Shown here: one piece after another, positions 1 through 9,463 of the stretch
Position numbering within the stretch: position 1 is the stretch's first letter
Layout of the letters: each line of letters opens with the position of its first letter
Position numbers and translations under genes: made by a program
Notes under the pieces: model-generated
The model's input: only the letters and a program-made list of their open reading frames with translations
Databases searched by the model: none
What the model was told of the DNA's origin: nothing
Source of the DNA: an uncultured Porphyromonadaceae bacterium
GTDB taxonomy: Bacteria > Bacteroidota > Bacteroidia > Bacteroidales > Muribaculaceae
Reading direction: 5' to 3'
Assembly (NCBI GenBank): GCA_947175205.1
Contig: CAMWLS010000005.1
Location: 5,209-69,208 of the forward strand
Length of the DNA: 64,000 nucleotides

Positions 1-1631
1 ATGGAGTAAAGAATAATAAAGGTGGTTATAATTACCAGTGCCGGCCCCATATCGCTCAGGACCTTAAGATAGAGGACCATCAGTACCAGCATACAGCCCA
101 GCACACCTCCCACGGTAGCAAGGTGCCGCTTCCATGACCACGAAGTAAGTCTCTCAGAGAACTGCTGCATCTTAGGCGCATTGGCCGCAAAGAAGGTTGC
201 CATAAAGATGACTATCAGATACTTGGACACCTCACTGGGCTGAAAGCCCCACAGATTCACCTTGGCATCGCTACCTTCGGGACCATAGCCGAATATGGCA
301 AGGAGCGCTATCAGAGCAAGAGCCAGGCACAGGAAACCTATACCCGCGGGAGTTTTCACACCCAACCGCTGGAACAGACGCGTCACGGGAGCAAAAAGCC
401 CCATTACGGGACGGGTTACCGCCCTGGCACCCTGACGCACAAAATCAAATTCCAGCACGCCGCCCTGCAGGCGGGAAGTACCGTTGGACATCTTTACAAA
501 ATTCACCATTGATACCCCCGTCATGGCCACAAGGCCCAGACCCAGGCCATATGCCATGGTAAGACCGTTTAAACTGTCATTAAGCGCATCAGGAATGGAG
601 AACATGGCCAGCAGCATAATTGCTGTAAGTGCCATGATAACCAGCATTATAACCTTATCAGCCTTACGCCCCAGATTGCGGTCTGTACGGAACACTGCAT
701 AGAAAGCAAGTACCCAACCGGCCAGAAAAATTATGATGGCAATATTCACGGAACGTAAAAAGTCAGCGGGCGTACGCACCAGCAGGGCATCATCCTCTTT
801 AATCCTTCTGTATGTGGGTGTGTCAAAGGCTGTAATTGTCAGAGGTCTTTCCCGGAAAGTGTACTCTGCATCACCCTCTAAGACTCCACCTACGGTTCCA
901 CGAGAACTTCCATATTCTTTATTGGGCCGCACGGGTAGGACGCTGTAACTTAATCCGGGCTGCACCTTAAAACAGACTTCACCATTGGCATCCGTCATAG
1001 CCAGGGCCACAAGGCTGTCCACAGTTGCCGGTGCATTTACAAGCTGGGCGGTCCGTCCGCTATGAACGGTATCATATGCATGCATCATAAGGCGCACAAC
1101 AGTCCCGGATACAGGTTTCCCGGAATTCTTATTTCTTCCCTCGCTGTCATTAGCCTCTTTAATATTTACTTTTATTGTTGCGGAACCTGTTCCGGCTTCA
1201 GAGGGCAGGACCTGTCCACTTTTATATATTTCTTCTATTTCCGGAGTAAGGCCCAGTGCGCTGTTTGTCACCTGGACACGATATTTTAGACCCTCGCCGG
1301 CCAGGGCCATAACTGAATCTGCATTAAGCTTGAACGCTTTCATATTCAGCGCGCCCAGATGCGTAAGCTCCCCCTGTTTCTTCATCACACTAATAAAGTG
1401 TTCCGCAATATAGCGGCTGTCACGGGGATTGCTTACATAGTCTCCCATAAGGAGCAGCGCACTCAGTGAATCCACATTCATATCCGGACTCAAAACCAGA
1501 GAATAGCCCGCATTCATGCTTTCTCTGGCTCTGTCCAGACGCTCCGCAACATTATGTTTAAGCGCAAGCATGCCTGCCACAAACATGGCGCATACCAGCA
1601 GAAAGCCTATTATGTCTTTAATCTTTCTCAT
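1..1631 (-). CDS. FtsW/RodA/SpoVE (SEDS) family protein with long N-terminal extension; 3' end runs off the window
   Basis: Translated by hand: ATG at 1631, open for 543 codons to the window edge. SEDS motifs GFQPSEVSKY (~220-245) and SDMGPALV near the edge, with multiple TM helices. Not in the ORF track because there is no stop codon in the window. Confidence 0.85.
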   Translation of the reverse strand, partial: MRKIKDIIGFLLVCAMFVAGMLALKHNVAERLDRARESMNAGYSLVLSPDMNVDSLSALLLMGDYVSNPRDSRYIAEHFISVMKKQGELTHLGALNMKAFKLNADSVMALAGEGLKYRVQVTNSALGLTPEIEEIYKSGQVLPSEAGTGSATIKVNIKEANDSEGRNKNSGKPVSGTVVRLMMHAYDTVHSGRTAQLVNAPATVDSLVALAMTDANGEVCFKVQPGLSYSVLPVRPNKEYGSSRGTVGGVLEGDAEYTFRERPLTITAFDTPTYRRIKEDDALLVRTPADFLRSVNIAIIIFLAGWVLAFYAVFRTDRNLGRKADKVIMLVIMALTAIMLLAMFSIPDALNDSLNGLTMAYGLGLGLVAMTGVSMVNFVKMSNGTSRLQGGVLEFDFVRQGARAVTRPVMGLFAPVTRLFQRLGVKTPAGIGFLCLALALIALLAIFGYGPEGSDAKVNLWGFQPSEVSKYLIVIFMATFFAANAPKMQQFSERLTSWSWKRHLATVGGVLGCMLVLMVLYLKVLSDMGPALVIITTFIILYS

Positions 1632-1638
1632 GGCTTTT

Positions 1639-2892
1639 TCAGTTTCCTGTGGAACCCTGCTGCTCCTCTACAGGAGAAGTTACTGACTGATCCGCCGCTT
1701 TATCGCTATGGGCAGGCAGCCCTTCATCCATGCGCAAAACTCTGTCCTCAAGCTCATGGACCGCCGCAGATGCTTTTTCAAGCTGTACGCGCAGGGTGTC
1801 ACGTTCTTTCACCAGTCTCTGCATTACTTCCTTATTAGCTGAGGCTTCATCTGCTGCATCCGTATTTCTGAGGACACCTGACCCCAGGATATACCCTATC
1901 CCGGCACCGGCTATGAGTGCTATGGATACAGCTGTTACCAGCCTTCCCGTAGTATGTCCTCCGGAATTATGCCGGCTCATCAGCGCCGGGTCATCAGTCA
2001 TTGCAGCCGGATCTTCATCAGATACATCTTCCTCAGGAAAGCCTCCTCTGATAACTGCAACACTGCGTTTCTCAGCCTTTACGGGGCGCACCACACCTCC
2101 GGTCTTAACGGGTTCTTGTGAAAGCAGAGAGCTCTCTGATGCGGTTTCCACGTTCAGAATCACCACGGTCACATTATCCTTTGCGCCGTGCTCCAAGGTA
2201 GCGGCTATGAGTGCATCCGCACAGTCCGCGGCGCTCCGGCCCTCTTTAAGCTCTGCACTTATCAGTTTACTGTTTAGCACATCACTTAACCCGTCTGAGC
2301 AGAAAACAAACTTACAGCTGCCGGTGATGGGGAAAATGGCACTTTCAATGAAATGAGCGTCATCAGGATAATGATACTCCTCTCCCAGTGAGCGACTGAT
2401 CATATTCCTCTGCGGGTGGGCCATGGCCTCCGCCTCAGTTATGGTGCCCTGATCCTCCATATAGCCCACCACTGAGTGGTCATGGGAAAGTTTTGTCAGC
2501 ACACCGTTCTGATAACGGTACAGCCTGCTGTCACCCACATGGGCCATTGTCAGAGTACCTGACTTAAGGTCCAACAGTCCGGCAGTGAGTACGCAACCCA
2601 TGGAAGACAGGCGCGGTTCAGCCTGACGGCGGTCTACAATTGCATTATTTGCCGCCGCCACAGCACTACGCAGGCGCAGTGCGTGATTACCTTCCTGGAC
2701 TTCTGCAAGGAAATCCATTATGGTATTCCTGGCAATCTCCGCGGCCACCTCACCGCCTTCATATCCTCCTATGCCGTCTATCGCCACACAGAGCACTGCG
2801 CTCTCATCATCCACATAGGTTGCAAGAAAAGCGTCTTCGTTATTGCTGCGCACGCTACCTACATCCGTAGCGCCGTAAAAGTCTATTTTCAT
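1639..2892 (-). CDS. PP2C/PPM-family Ser/Thr protein phosphatase with C-terminal TM helix and extracytoplasmic coiled coil (PstP-like)
   Basis: Motifs NEDA, DGIGG, HVGDSRLY, SDGL, DNVT; TM segment LVTAVSIALIAGAGIGYILG. Confidence 0.92.
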   Translation of the reverse strand: MKIDFYGATDVGSVRSNNEDAFLATYVDDESAVLCVAIDGIGGYEGGEVAAEIARNTIMDFLAEVQEGNHALRLRSAVAAANNAIVDRRQAEPRLSSMGCVLTAGLLDLKSGTLTMAHVGDSRLYRYQNGVLTKLSHDHSVVGYMEDQGTITEAEAMAHPQRNMISRSLGEEYHYPDDAHFIESAIFPITGSCKFVFCSDGLSDVLNSKLISAELKEGRSAADCADALIAATLEHGAKDNVTVVILNVETASESSLLSQEPVKTGGVVRPVKAEKRSVAVIRGGFPEEDVSDEDPAAMTDDPALMSRHNSGGHTTGRLVTAVSIALIAGAGIGYILGSGVLRNTDAADEASANKEVMQRLVKERDTLRVQLEKASAAVHELEDRVLRMDEGLPAHSDKAADQSVTSPVEEQQGSTGN

Positions 2893-2970
2893 TTAGGCAA
2901 AGAAGTAAAATGATGAATTAAAAGGTATATAACCAGCACACATAACGCGCATAGAAAAATAAAATTCATG

Positions 2971-3984
2971 TTACTTTACAGTAAAAATCAGCTGAACGCT
3001 GTCACCCAGCATAATGGTGGAGTTATTATACAGTTCATATCTCTTAGACGGGTCAGGTTCATAAAGCCGTTCATTAAGCCTGATAGGGCCATAGGCCGTT
3101 ATGGAGTAGCGGCCGTTATTCTCAAGTTTGATAACAGCATGAGGGCTCAGCAGGTCAGGAACATTAACCCTCACTGCACGCCCTTCTGCTGTAGCACGCG
3201 GGGGTGCTGACTGACCGTGAATCTCCACACCTGACGGCTGCATGCGGAATGACCTGATTTCCGTACCGTCAGCTGCCAGCATATGCCCCAGTACTGCCTT
3301 CAGCCGAGGGCCTATGGGAGCCGTGGTAGGATTCGCATTAATCTGGTGTGTGTTAGCTGATACATCTGAACCCGTGCGTCCCACACTGCTGAAATTCACA
3401 ATGGGAATTCTGAACTGGTCTTTATTTATTGTCACCACCCCTGGGAAAGCGGCCATATTAAGACCGTTAGGGAGGGTGATCTGAGAGTTTTTGGTACGCA
3501 CGGTGGTAACCTGACGTCCCGCTCCCTCTGCTGATGCCGGTACTGACGGGTCCTGAGAGTAAAGTTTCATAAGGACCACTGGGTCAGCCCGTCCCGGAAC
3601 AGCAACACCCATGTCCTCAGGCAGCTCTACGTCATCACCTATACAGATGAAATGCAGGAACCAGTTATAAGCATGTGGTTTATAGGCGGGATAGCGGGGC
3701 AGAAACTCTGACACCACCTCATTAAATCCCTGTATGATTTCCTGAACGGACATGGGGAAAGCCTCTGACTGCTCAGCATAATCCTCCTGGTTCATCAGGA
3801 CTGTGAATGAGGTTGGAAACAGTAAGCCACGCTTGGTGGTCTGGCGCTTGAGTTCATTCCTGAAGTTATCCACTATCAGTTCTATAAACTCACCGCGGGT
3901 CATGGAAATGACCGGTCCTGCCGGAGGCACGGCGGAAGGAGTGTTGTCTTCACCCAAAAATATCTTTTTCAGTTTAGCTAACAT
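2971..3984 (-). CDS. FhaA-like protein: DUF3662-like N-terminal domain plus degenerate C-terminal FHA-like domain
   Basis: N-terminal LFPTSFTVLMNQEDY resembles the FhaA N-domain; C-terminal LLSPHAVI...TIMLGDSVQLIF resembles the FHA fold; adjacent to the PP2C gene. Confidence 0.6.
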   Translation of the reverse strand: MLAKLKKIFLGEDNTPSAVPPAGPVISMTRGEFIELIVDNFRNELKRQTTKRGLLFPTSFTVLMNQEDYAEQSEAFPMSVQEIIQGFNEVVSEFLPRYPAYKPHAYNWFLHFICIGDDVELPEDMGVAVPGRADPVVLMKLYSQDPSVPASAEGAGRQVTTVRTKNSQITLPNGLNMAAFPGVVTINKDQFRIPIVNFSSVGRTGSDVSANTHQINANPTTAPIGPRLKAVLGHMLAADGTEIRSFRMQPSGVEIHGQSAPPRATAEGRAVRVNVPDLLSPHAVIKLENNGRYSITAYGPIRLNERLYEPDPSKRYELYNNSTIMLGDSVQLIFTVK

Positions 3985-4002
3985 AGCGCTTACTTTCTTA
4001 CT

Positions 4003-4473
4003 CTAAAACTGTTTCTTTAACTCATATCTCCACACTCTGCCATCCGGTGAGGTATAACTCCACGTCATGACTTTATCAGACATGGACAGTTTCTGGAGAT
4101 GAAGTATGGTGTTTTGCTCCCAGCCCAGCCACTCTGGTGCGGCATAGATGGCGGTACCTGGGGCATATTTATCATCGCTGTGCGTGAAATTCAGCAGGAA
4201 CTGTTCTTCTGTTTCTTCCCACGTACCTATACCTGAATCCATACTGAAGGGCTGGTCAGGAGCCTGGAGCCGGCTAACCTTGATGATATTATTCTGAAAC
4301 TGAATAACGGTGGGATGCGTCTCCACATCCATCTTTTCACCGTCACAGCTCATACTTACAAGATTCCATGTGCCAAAAAGCGCACCTATATCGCCGTCAT
4401 TATGATTACTCACACAGGCGCTCAGAAGCATCATCAGCGCAGTGCCAAGCATCAGTGTTATATTCTTTCTCAT
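4003..4473 (-). CDS. Lipocalin-like domain lipoprotein
   Basis: Lipobox LLSAC; LFGTWNLVSM resembles the lipocalin GxW motif; start moved to the ATG at 4473. Confidence 0.7.
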   Translation of the reverse strand: MRKNITLMLGTALMMLLSACVSNHNDGDIGALFGTWNLVSMSCDGEKMDVETHPTVIQFQNNIIKVSRLQAPDQPFSMDSGIGTWEETEEQFLLNFTHSDDKYAPGTAIYAAPEWLGWEQNTILHLQKLSMSDKVMTWSYTSPDGRVWRYELKKQF

Positions 4474-4480
4474 TTTCAGT

Positions 4481-6010
4481 TTACTTGCGTTTAGGTGAGA
4501 ATACACCGTTATAACTTACTGTCAGAAGTGCACCTGCATGACTCTTCTCCCTGAGTTTACCCCAGTCCTGAGCCAGTGTGATGCTTGCTCCCAGACCCTT
4601 AAGGTAACGCCCTGCATCATATTTAACTTTCAGCATGGCGGCATTCCCCTCCACAGACCGGTAAATGGGATGGCGTCCGTCACCATATGCTTTTTCATAT
4701 TCATACTTTACCACATACTCCAGTTCAGGAAGTATATGTCCCTTGACTGCTATATGACAGCCTCTGGCGCGCGTATGCATGAACGCAGGCTGACCGTTAA
4801 GGTTATAGTACGGAGCTACAAGGAAAGGCGTACCAAGTGCCAGGCCATAATTACTGAAAGGACCGTATACGTCATTATTATAATAATTGTCCGCGCCTGA
4901 AGCATGAGAGGTGATGGTGGTGCCGGGGTTATCAGCCGGAGCCCAGTGCAGAGGACCGCTCTGATTGGTAAAGTCAAGATACTCAGCAACCACGGCGGTA
5001 ACTGGTCCGCGCTCCGCCGCTCTCCATTCCAGACCGTATAGACCGTCCCAGCCGTTCAGACGTCCTATCCCTGAGCCGTCTTCCCACGGCCCCTCAAAAT
5101 AAGCCGCAAGGTGTCCAAAGTTGTGAGGAAGCTCATAATCAGCCCTGAAATTCCAACTTCCAAGAGTACTTCCGGTATAATAACTCCCGTCATTACCCTC
5201 GTGAGGGAAAAACATCTTCCACACATCAGCAAACTTAAATCCGCGCACCTGTGTCTGTATCACCTCCCCGTTCCTGAACCAAATGCTCTGACCGCCGAAC
5301 AGTCCGGCAGTCTGCATGCCTATGGTGGCATAAAAACGCTTATGCGGATTACTCCTGAAGTAGCAATACTTATATGTATAATACCTGTCAGTGGCAAGTA
5401 CCCAGTCATAATGATTAGCCTGCTGCCGCTGATACTCGCTGTCCATCATCTTACCATAAAATATGTCGCCGGCTATCTGCACCCAGCCATTGGTAAAAGG
5501 GATATTCTGGAAGGTGTTAAAACCAAGACTTACTCCCGGTATAGGTGCAGCGTTATTGCTGTATATCAAGTCTCCGGAGGATAGCTCAGGGTTTACTATC
5601 ATGCCGCATCGCTGACGCATACCCAGCTCTAACTGTACGGCTCTGTAGCGTACCTGACCATATAGCTGCTGCATGTGTACAGCCTTGGGAGTGGCGCTGA
5701 CCGCGTCAGTCAGCGTCTGTGTCTGAGGGCTATAATGCATGTACGTAACGCCGTGACGGTAACCCGTGAAAAAATCCGCACCGGCGCCCCAGCTCCACAG
5801 TCCGGAAGAGTCTATTTTCTTCTCTGCGCTCAGGTCCAGCAACGCTGTTGCAGAGGATGCCGTGCGTCCGTACTGGCCGGACCCCATGAGCGAAGGCGCA
5901 AACGACCCTCCGCTGCCCCCGGCAAAAATCTCGGCCTTATAGTCTATCTCTATGGCTGCAGCGCCGGTAACAGCAGCTGTCAACAAACACAGTGAAATAA
6001 GTTTTCTCAT
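4481..6010 (-). CDS. Capsule assembly Wzi-family outer-membrane beta-barrel protein
   Basis: Signal peptide MRKLISLCLLTAAV; SSGDLIYSNNAAPIPG, DNYYNN and GTPF motifs; start refined to 6010. Confidence 0.75.
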   Translation of the reverse strand: MRKLISLCLLTAAVTGAAAIEIDYKAEIFAGGSGGSFAPSLMGSGQYGRTASSATALLDLSAEKKIDSSGLWSWGAGADFFTGYRHGVTYMHYSPQTQTLTDAVSATPKAVHMQQLYGQVRYRAVQLELGMRQRCGMIVNPELSSGDLIYSNNAAPIPGVSLGFNTFQNIPFTNGWVQIAGDIFYGKMMDSEYQRQQANHYDWVLATDRYYTYKYCYFRSNPHKRFYATIGMQTAGLFGGQSIWFRNGEVIQTQVRGFKFADVWKMFFPHEGNDGSYYTGSTLGSWNFRADYELPHNFGHLAAYFEGPWEDGSGIGRLNGWDGLYGLEWRAAERGPVTAVVAEYLDFTNQSGPLHWAPADNPGTTITSHASGADNYYNNDVYGPFSNYGLALGTPFLVAPYYNLNGQPAFMHTRARGCHIAVKGHILPELEYVVKYEYEKAYGDGRHPIYRSVEGNAAMLKVKYDAGRYLKGLGASITLAQDWGKLREKSHAGALLTVSYNGVFSPKRK

Positions 6011-7251
6011 ATCATGGATGTTTCTCGTGGGCCCAAAGTCAGCAGAGAACACTCACAGAGCGTCTGCGCACACTGACGCAGTTCTTCAGGTCCCACATCT
6101 TTAATTCTTCTCTCTATCTCTGAGGGGGTGAGAGAACGCCCGCTCATCAGTGTGGCGCGTGCTATACCTAATATACGGCTCTCACGATTCTCATAGGCCA
6201 CTTTCAGCTGACCCAGATACTGCTTCTTATACATTTCAAGGGTGCGTGATGACAGTGAGCTATCTGCCATATGCTCCAGCTGTTGCTTTACCAGCGAGGC
6301 ACACACGGCATTATCAGCAGGGTCACAGCCGTAGTATACCGTAAAAAGGCCGGTATCAGAAAGCAGCGCGGTGGAAGCTTCCACAGTGTACACCAGTCCA
6401 CGGCGCTCACGCAATGCCACATTGAGCAGGGAATTCATACCCGGACCGCCCAGAATATTGGTCAGAAGAGCCTGAGCATAACGCGTTTCAGAGTGCATGC
6501 CGCCGGTGAGTACACCCATCACAGTGTGTGCCTGATGGGAGTCTATCTCCTTAAGCTTTGAAAAAGGCGCAGCGGACACGGGAGCACACTCCTCCTGCAC
6601 CGGAGCTGAGCCCTCAAGTGGGCTGAAAGTCTTTTCCACGGCGGCAAACACACGGGAGGCACTCATACTGCCGGCGTAGAACACCACCATATTGGAGGGC
6701 CTGTACCAGTGCTGAAGGTACTCACAGCAGACCTCAGGGGTAAAGCCACGTAGCAGGTGCGCCTCACCTAAAATATTATGGCTCAAGGGTGTACCGGCGT
6801 AAATAAGCTCCTCAAAATCATCATACACGGCCTCTGACGGGCTGTCAAGGTAAGAGTTTATCTCATCAGCCACAACCTCACGCTCCTTGCGCAGCTCGCT
6901 CTCCGGAAAGCGCGAATGCATTATAAGGTCAGCCACAAGGTCAAGTGCACGCGCGGGAGAGCTGCCGGGGAACACAGTGTAGACCACCGTCTCTTCCTTT
7001 GTGGTATAGGCATTTAGCTCACCGCCCACACGCTCCATGCGGTTTATGATATGCCAGGCGCTTCGTGAGGTGGTACCCTTGAAGAGGGTGTGCTCCACAA
7101 AGTGCGCAAGACCGTAGTAATCAGGCGTTTCATTGCGGCTACCTACCCTTGTGGCCACACCGAAGAAGCCTGCTGCCGCTCCGGGAAGGAGCAGGTGAAC
7201 CATACGTAAACCGTTGGCACTCAGAGCATATTCTACTTTTGGGGCTTTCAT
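6007..7251 (-). CDS. M16 family zinc peptidase (pitrilysin-like)
   Basis: GLAHFVEH (HxxEH), LNAYT, LRERRGLVY. Confidence 0.93.
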   Translation of the reverse strand: MKAPKVEYALSANGLRMVHLLLPGAAAGFFGVATRVGSRNETPDYYGLAHFVEHTLFKGTTSRSAWHIINRMERVGGELNAYTTKEETVVYTVFPGSSPARALDLVADLIMHSRFPESELRKEREVVADEINSYLDSPSEAVYDDFEELIYAGTPLSHNILGEAHLLRGFTPEVCCEYLQHWYRPSNMVVFYAGSMSASRVFAAVEKTFSPLEGSAPVQEECAPVSAAPFSKLKEIDSHQAHTVMGVLTGGMHSETRYAQALLTNILGGPGMNSLLNVALRERRGLVYTVEASTALLSDTGLFTVYYGCDPADNAVCASLVKQQLEHMADSSLSSRTLEMYKKQYLGQLKVAYENRESRILGIARATLMSGRSLTPSEIERRIKDVGPEELRQCAQTLCECSLLTLGPRETSMI

Positions 7252-8768
7252 ACTTCAGGGTCAACCCATCGGCCATCGGCCTTAATAAGGTCCATCAGGT
7301 GCGCAAGTGCCTCATTTTCAGGCACATTCTTCTGGACACACTCTTTTCCTCTATACAGGCTTACGCATCCCGCCGCGGCTCCTACGTAGCCGTAATCTGC
7401 ATCAGCCATCTCTCCGGGACCGTTCACAATACAACCCATTACGCCGATTTTCAGGCCTTTAAGATGTGATGTGGCGGCTTTAATTTTGCGGAGGACATCT
7501 GAGAGGGCAAAGAGGGTACGCCCGCAGCCGGGGCAGGCTATGTATTCAGTCTTGCTAAAACGGCGCCTTGTGGCTTGTAATATACTGAGTTCCAGATTAT
7601 TAATGGTTTCCTGAGACATTGAGGGTGCCTTTATCTCAATGGCATCTCCATAACCGTCCAGCAGAAGTGAGCCTAAATCTACGGATGCAGCCACAGCCAC
7701 CTGCTCCGGTGTATAATACGCAGGATATGAAGCCCTTAGGAGTATTTTACCGCTCTTTGGCAGAGGTTGTGTAAGGGGTACGGAAATTGTTTGATACCCC
7801 CCCCCTAAACCGTCAACACCCACGGCGAGAATAGGAGAATTAGGGCTGTCCGTGTGAGAGTGCCCGTTCTCATTTCCGGGCTCGCAAGGTGACACCCTCG
7901 GAGGCAGATTTTCCACATGTTTTATAATCTCTCGAGCAACCGGAATCTCTTCCACGGGATCTTCACTGAGTGAAACGCGGATGGTGTCTCCTATACCTTC
8001 AGCCAGAAGGGTGCCAATACCTACGGCAGACTTGACGCGGCCGTCTTCTCCGTCACCGGCTTCTGTCACACCAAGGTGCAGCGGGAAGTGCATGTCTTCA
8101 GCATCCATGGCCTTGACAAGGAGGCGCACGGTGTCCACCATTACTTTTACATTGCTGGCCTTTATGCTGATGACCACCTGATCAAAATTCTGCTCACGGA
8201 AGACGCGCAGGAACTCCAGGGCGCTTTCCACCATGCCGGCCGGGGTATCACCATAGCGGCTCATGATGCGGTCACTGAGGGAGCCGTGGTTAACGCCCAG
8301 TCTTATGGCTGTGCCCTTCTCTCGGCACAGGTCTATGAAGGGAATGAGGCGTTCTCTGATACGGGCGAGTTCAGCGGCGTATTCTTCATCCGTGTACTCC
8401 AGTTTCTTGAAGGTACGCGCGGGGTCAACAAAGTTACCGGGATTGATACGGACTTTCTCTACCTCTTCAGCAGCAGCGAAAGCAGCCGCAGGGTTGAAAT
8501 GGATATCAGCCACAAGGGGTGTAGTTATTCCGGCGTTGCGGAGGGCTGTACGGATATTTCCCAGATTTTTGGCATGAGGTACTCCCTGGGCTGTAAGACG
8601 CACAAGTTCAGCTCCGGCATGGCTGAGGGCTATAGCCTGGGCCACGCTGCGTTCTGTGTCAAGCGTGGGGGTATTGGTCATGGACTGGACACGCACGGGA
8701 TTCTCACCTCCAATGCCTACGTTACCAACCCTAACCTCCACGGTGGGACGTCGTTTAATATTGCTCAT
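7248..8768 (-). CDS. ispG: 4-hydroxy-3-methylbut-2-en-1-yl diphosphate synthase
   Basis: VRVQSMTNT, ADIHF, RINPGN, GVNHGSLS, CPGCGR, MGCIVNGPGE. Confidence 0.97.
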   Translation of the reverse strand: MSNIKRRPTVEVRVGNVGIGGENPVRVQSMTNTPTLDTERSVAQAIALSHAGAELVRLTAQGVPHAKNLGNIRTALRNAGITTPLVADIHFNPAAAFAAAEEVEKVRINPGNFVDPARTFKKLEYTDEEYAAELARIRERLIPFIDLCREKGTAIRLGVNHGSLSDRIMSRYGDTPAGMVESALEFLRVFREQNFDQVVISIKASNVKVMVDTVRLLVKAMDAEDMHFPLHLGVTEAGDGEDGRVKSAVGIGTLLAEGIGDTIRVSLSEDPVEEIPVAREIIKHVENLPPRVSPCEPGNENGHSHTDSPNSPILAVGVDGLGGGYQTISVPLTQPLPKSGKILLRASYPAYYTPEQVAVAASVDLGSLLLDGYGDAIEIKAPSMSQETINNLELSILQATRRRFSKTEYIACPGCGRTLFALSDVLRKIKAATSHLKGLKIGVMGCIVNGPGEMADADYGYVGAAAGCVSLYRGKECVQKNVPENEALAHLMDLIKADGRWVDPEV

Positions 8769-9276
8769 GCGTTACCTTGTATTTGTAACCTTCCAGAGCA
8801 GCCAGTTCAGCATTAGCTTTCACAATCTTGGCGCTGAGTGTGCTGCAGTAATCGCTGTATCGCTGAGCCAGGGCGCTGTCAGAGAGCGCCAGAATTCTTA
8901 CGGCCAGCACGGCGGCGTTAAGCGCACCGTTAATGCCTACTGTGGCCACAGGAATACCCGGAGGCATCTGAACTATGGAGAGCAGTGCGTCCTGTCCCTG
9001 AAGTGTGGAGTCAATGGGAACGCCTATTACCGGCACCTCTGTGAGGGCAGCTACCACGCCGGGGAGTGCGGCAGCCATACCGGCAGCGGCAATTATCACT
9101 TTTAGCCCGCGAGCAGCGGCTCCGGTGGCAAAGCTCTCCACTTCATGCGGAGTACGATGGGCACTGAGCGCGTTCATCTCAAAGGGGACTTGCATCTGTT
9201 CCAGGAAATCAGCCGCCTTGCGGAGTACGGGCAGGTCAGAGGTACTGCCCATGATTATGCTTACAATTGGTTTCAT
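8755..9276 (-). CDS. purE: N5-carboxyaminoimidazole ribonucleotide mutase
   Basis: IIMGSTSD, SAHRTP, IVQMPPGIPVATV; start refined to the ATG at 9276. Confidence 0.97.
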   Translation of the reverse strand: MKPIVSIIMGSTSDLPVLRKAADFLEQMQVPFEMNALSAHRTPHEVESFATGAAARGLKVIIAAAGMAAALPGVVAALTEVPVIGVPIDSTLQGQDALLSIVQMPPGIPVATVGINGALNAAVLAVRILALSDSALAQRYSDYCSTLSAKIVKANAELAALEGYKYKVTHEQY

Positions 9277-9313
9277 ATCTAAATCAAAATAAATACTGCA
9301 CACGCAGAATATG

Positions 9314-9345
9314 CAAAAATAAAAATTAATTTTCTGCTTTGCAAA
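9314..9345 (-). promoter_or_regulatory. Bacteroidetes housekeeping promoter for the purE-ispG operon
   Basis: -7 TATTTTTG (9314-9321) and -33 TTTG (9342-9345), 20-nt spacer. Confidence 0.6.
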
Positions 9346-9463
9346 CGTGATTTTATATGGAGTATACAATCAATAAGTGAGTATGGTTAAAAAGTAATTA
9401 TATCAAGGGTAAATTAGGAGGAAATAAACTAAACCACTAACTTTGCCGAAAAGTACTACTGTT

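Noticed and set aside
7797-7805. C9/G9 homopolymer inside ispG as a phase-variation switch
   Set aside because: It encodes Gly-Gly-Gly in a variable linker, the frame is intact, and ispG is normally essential
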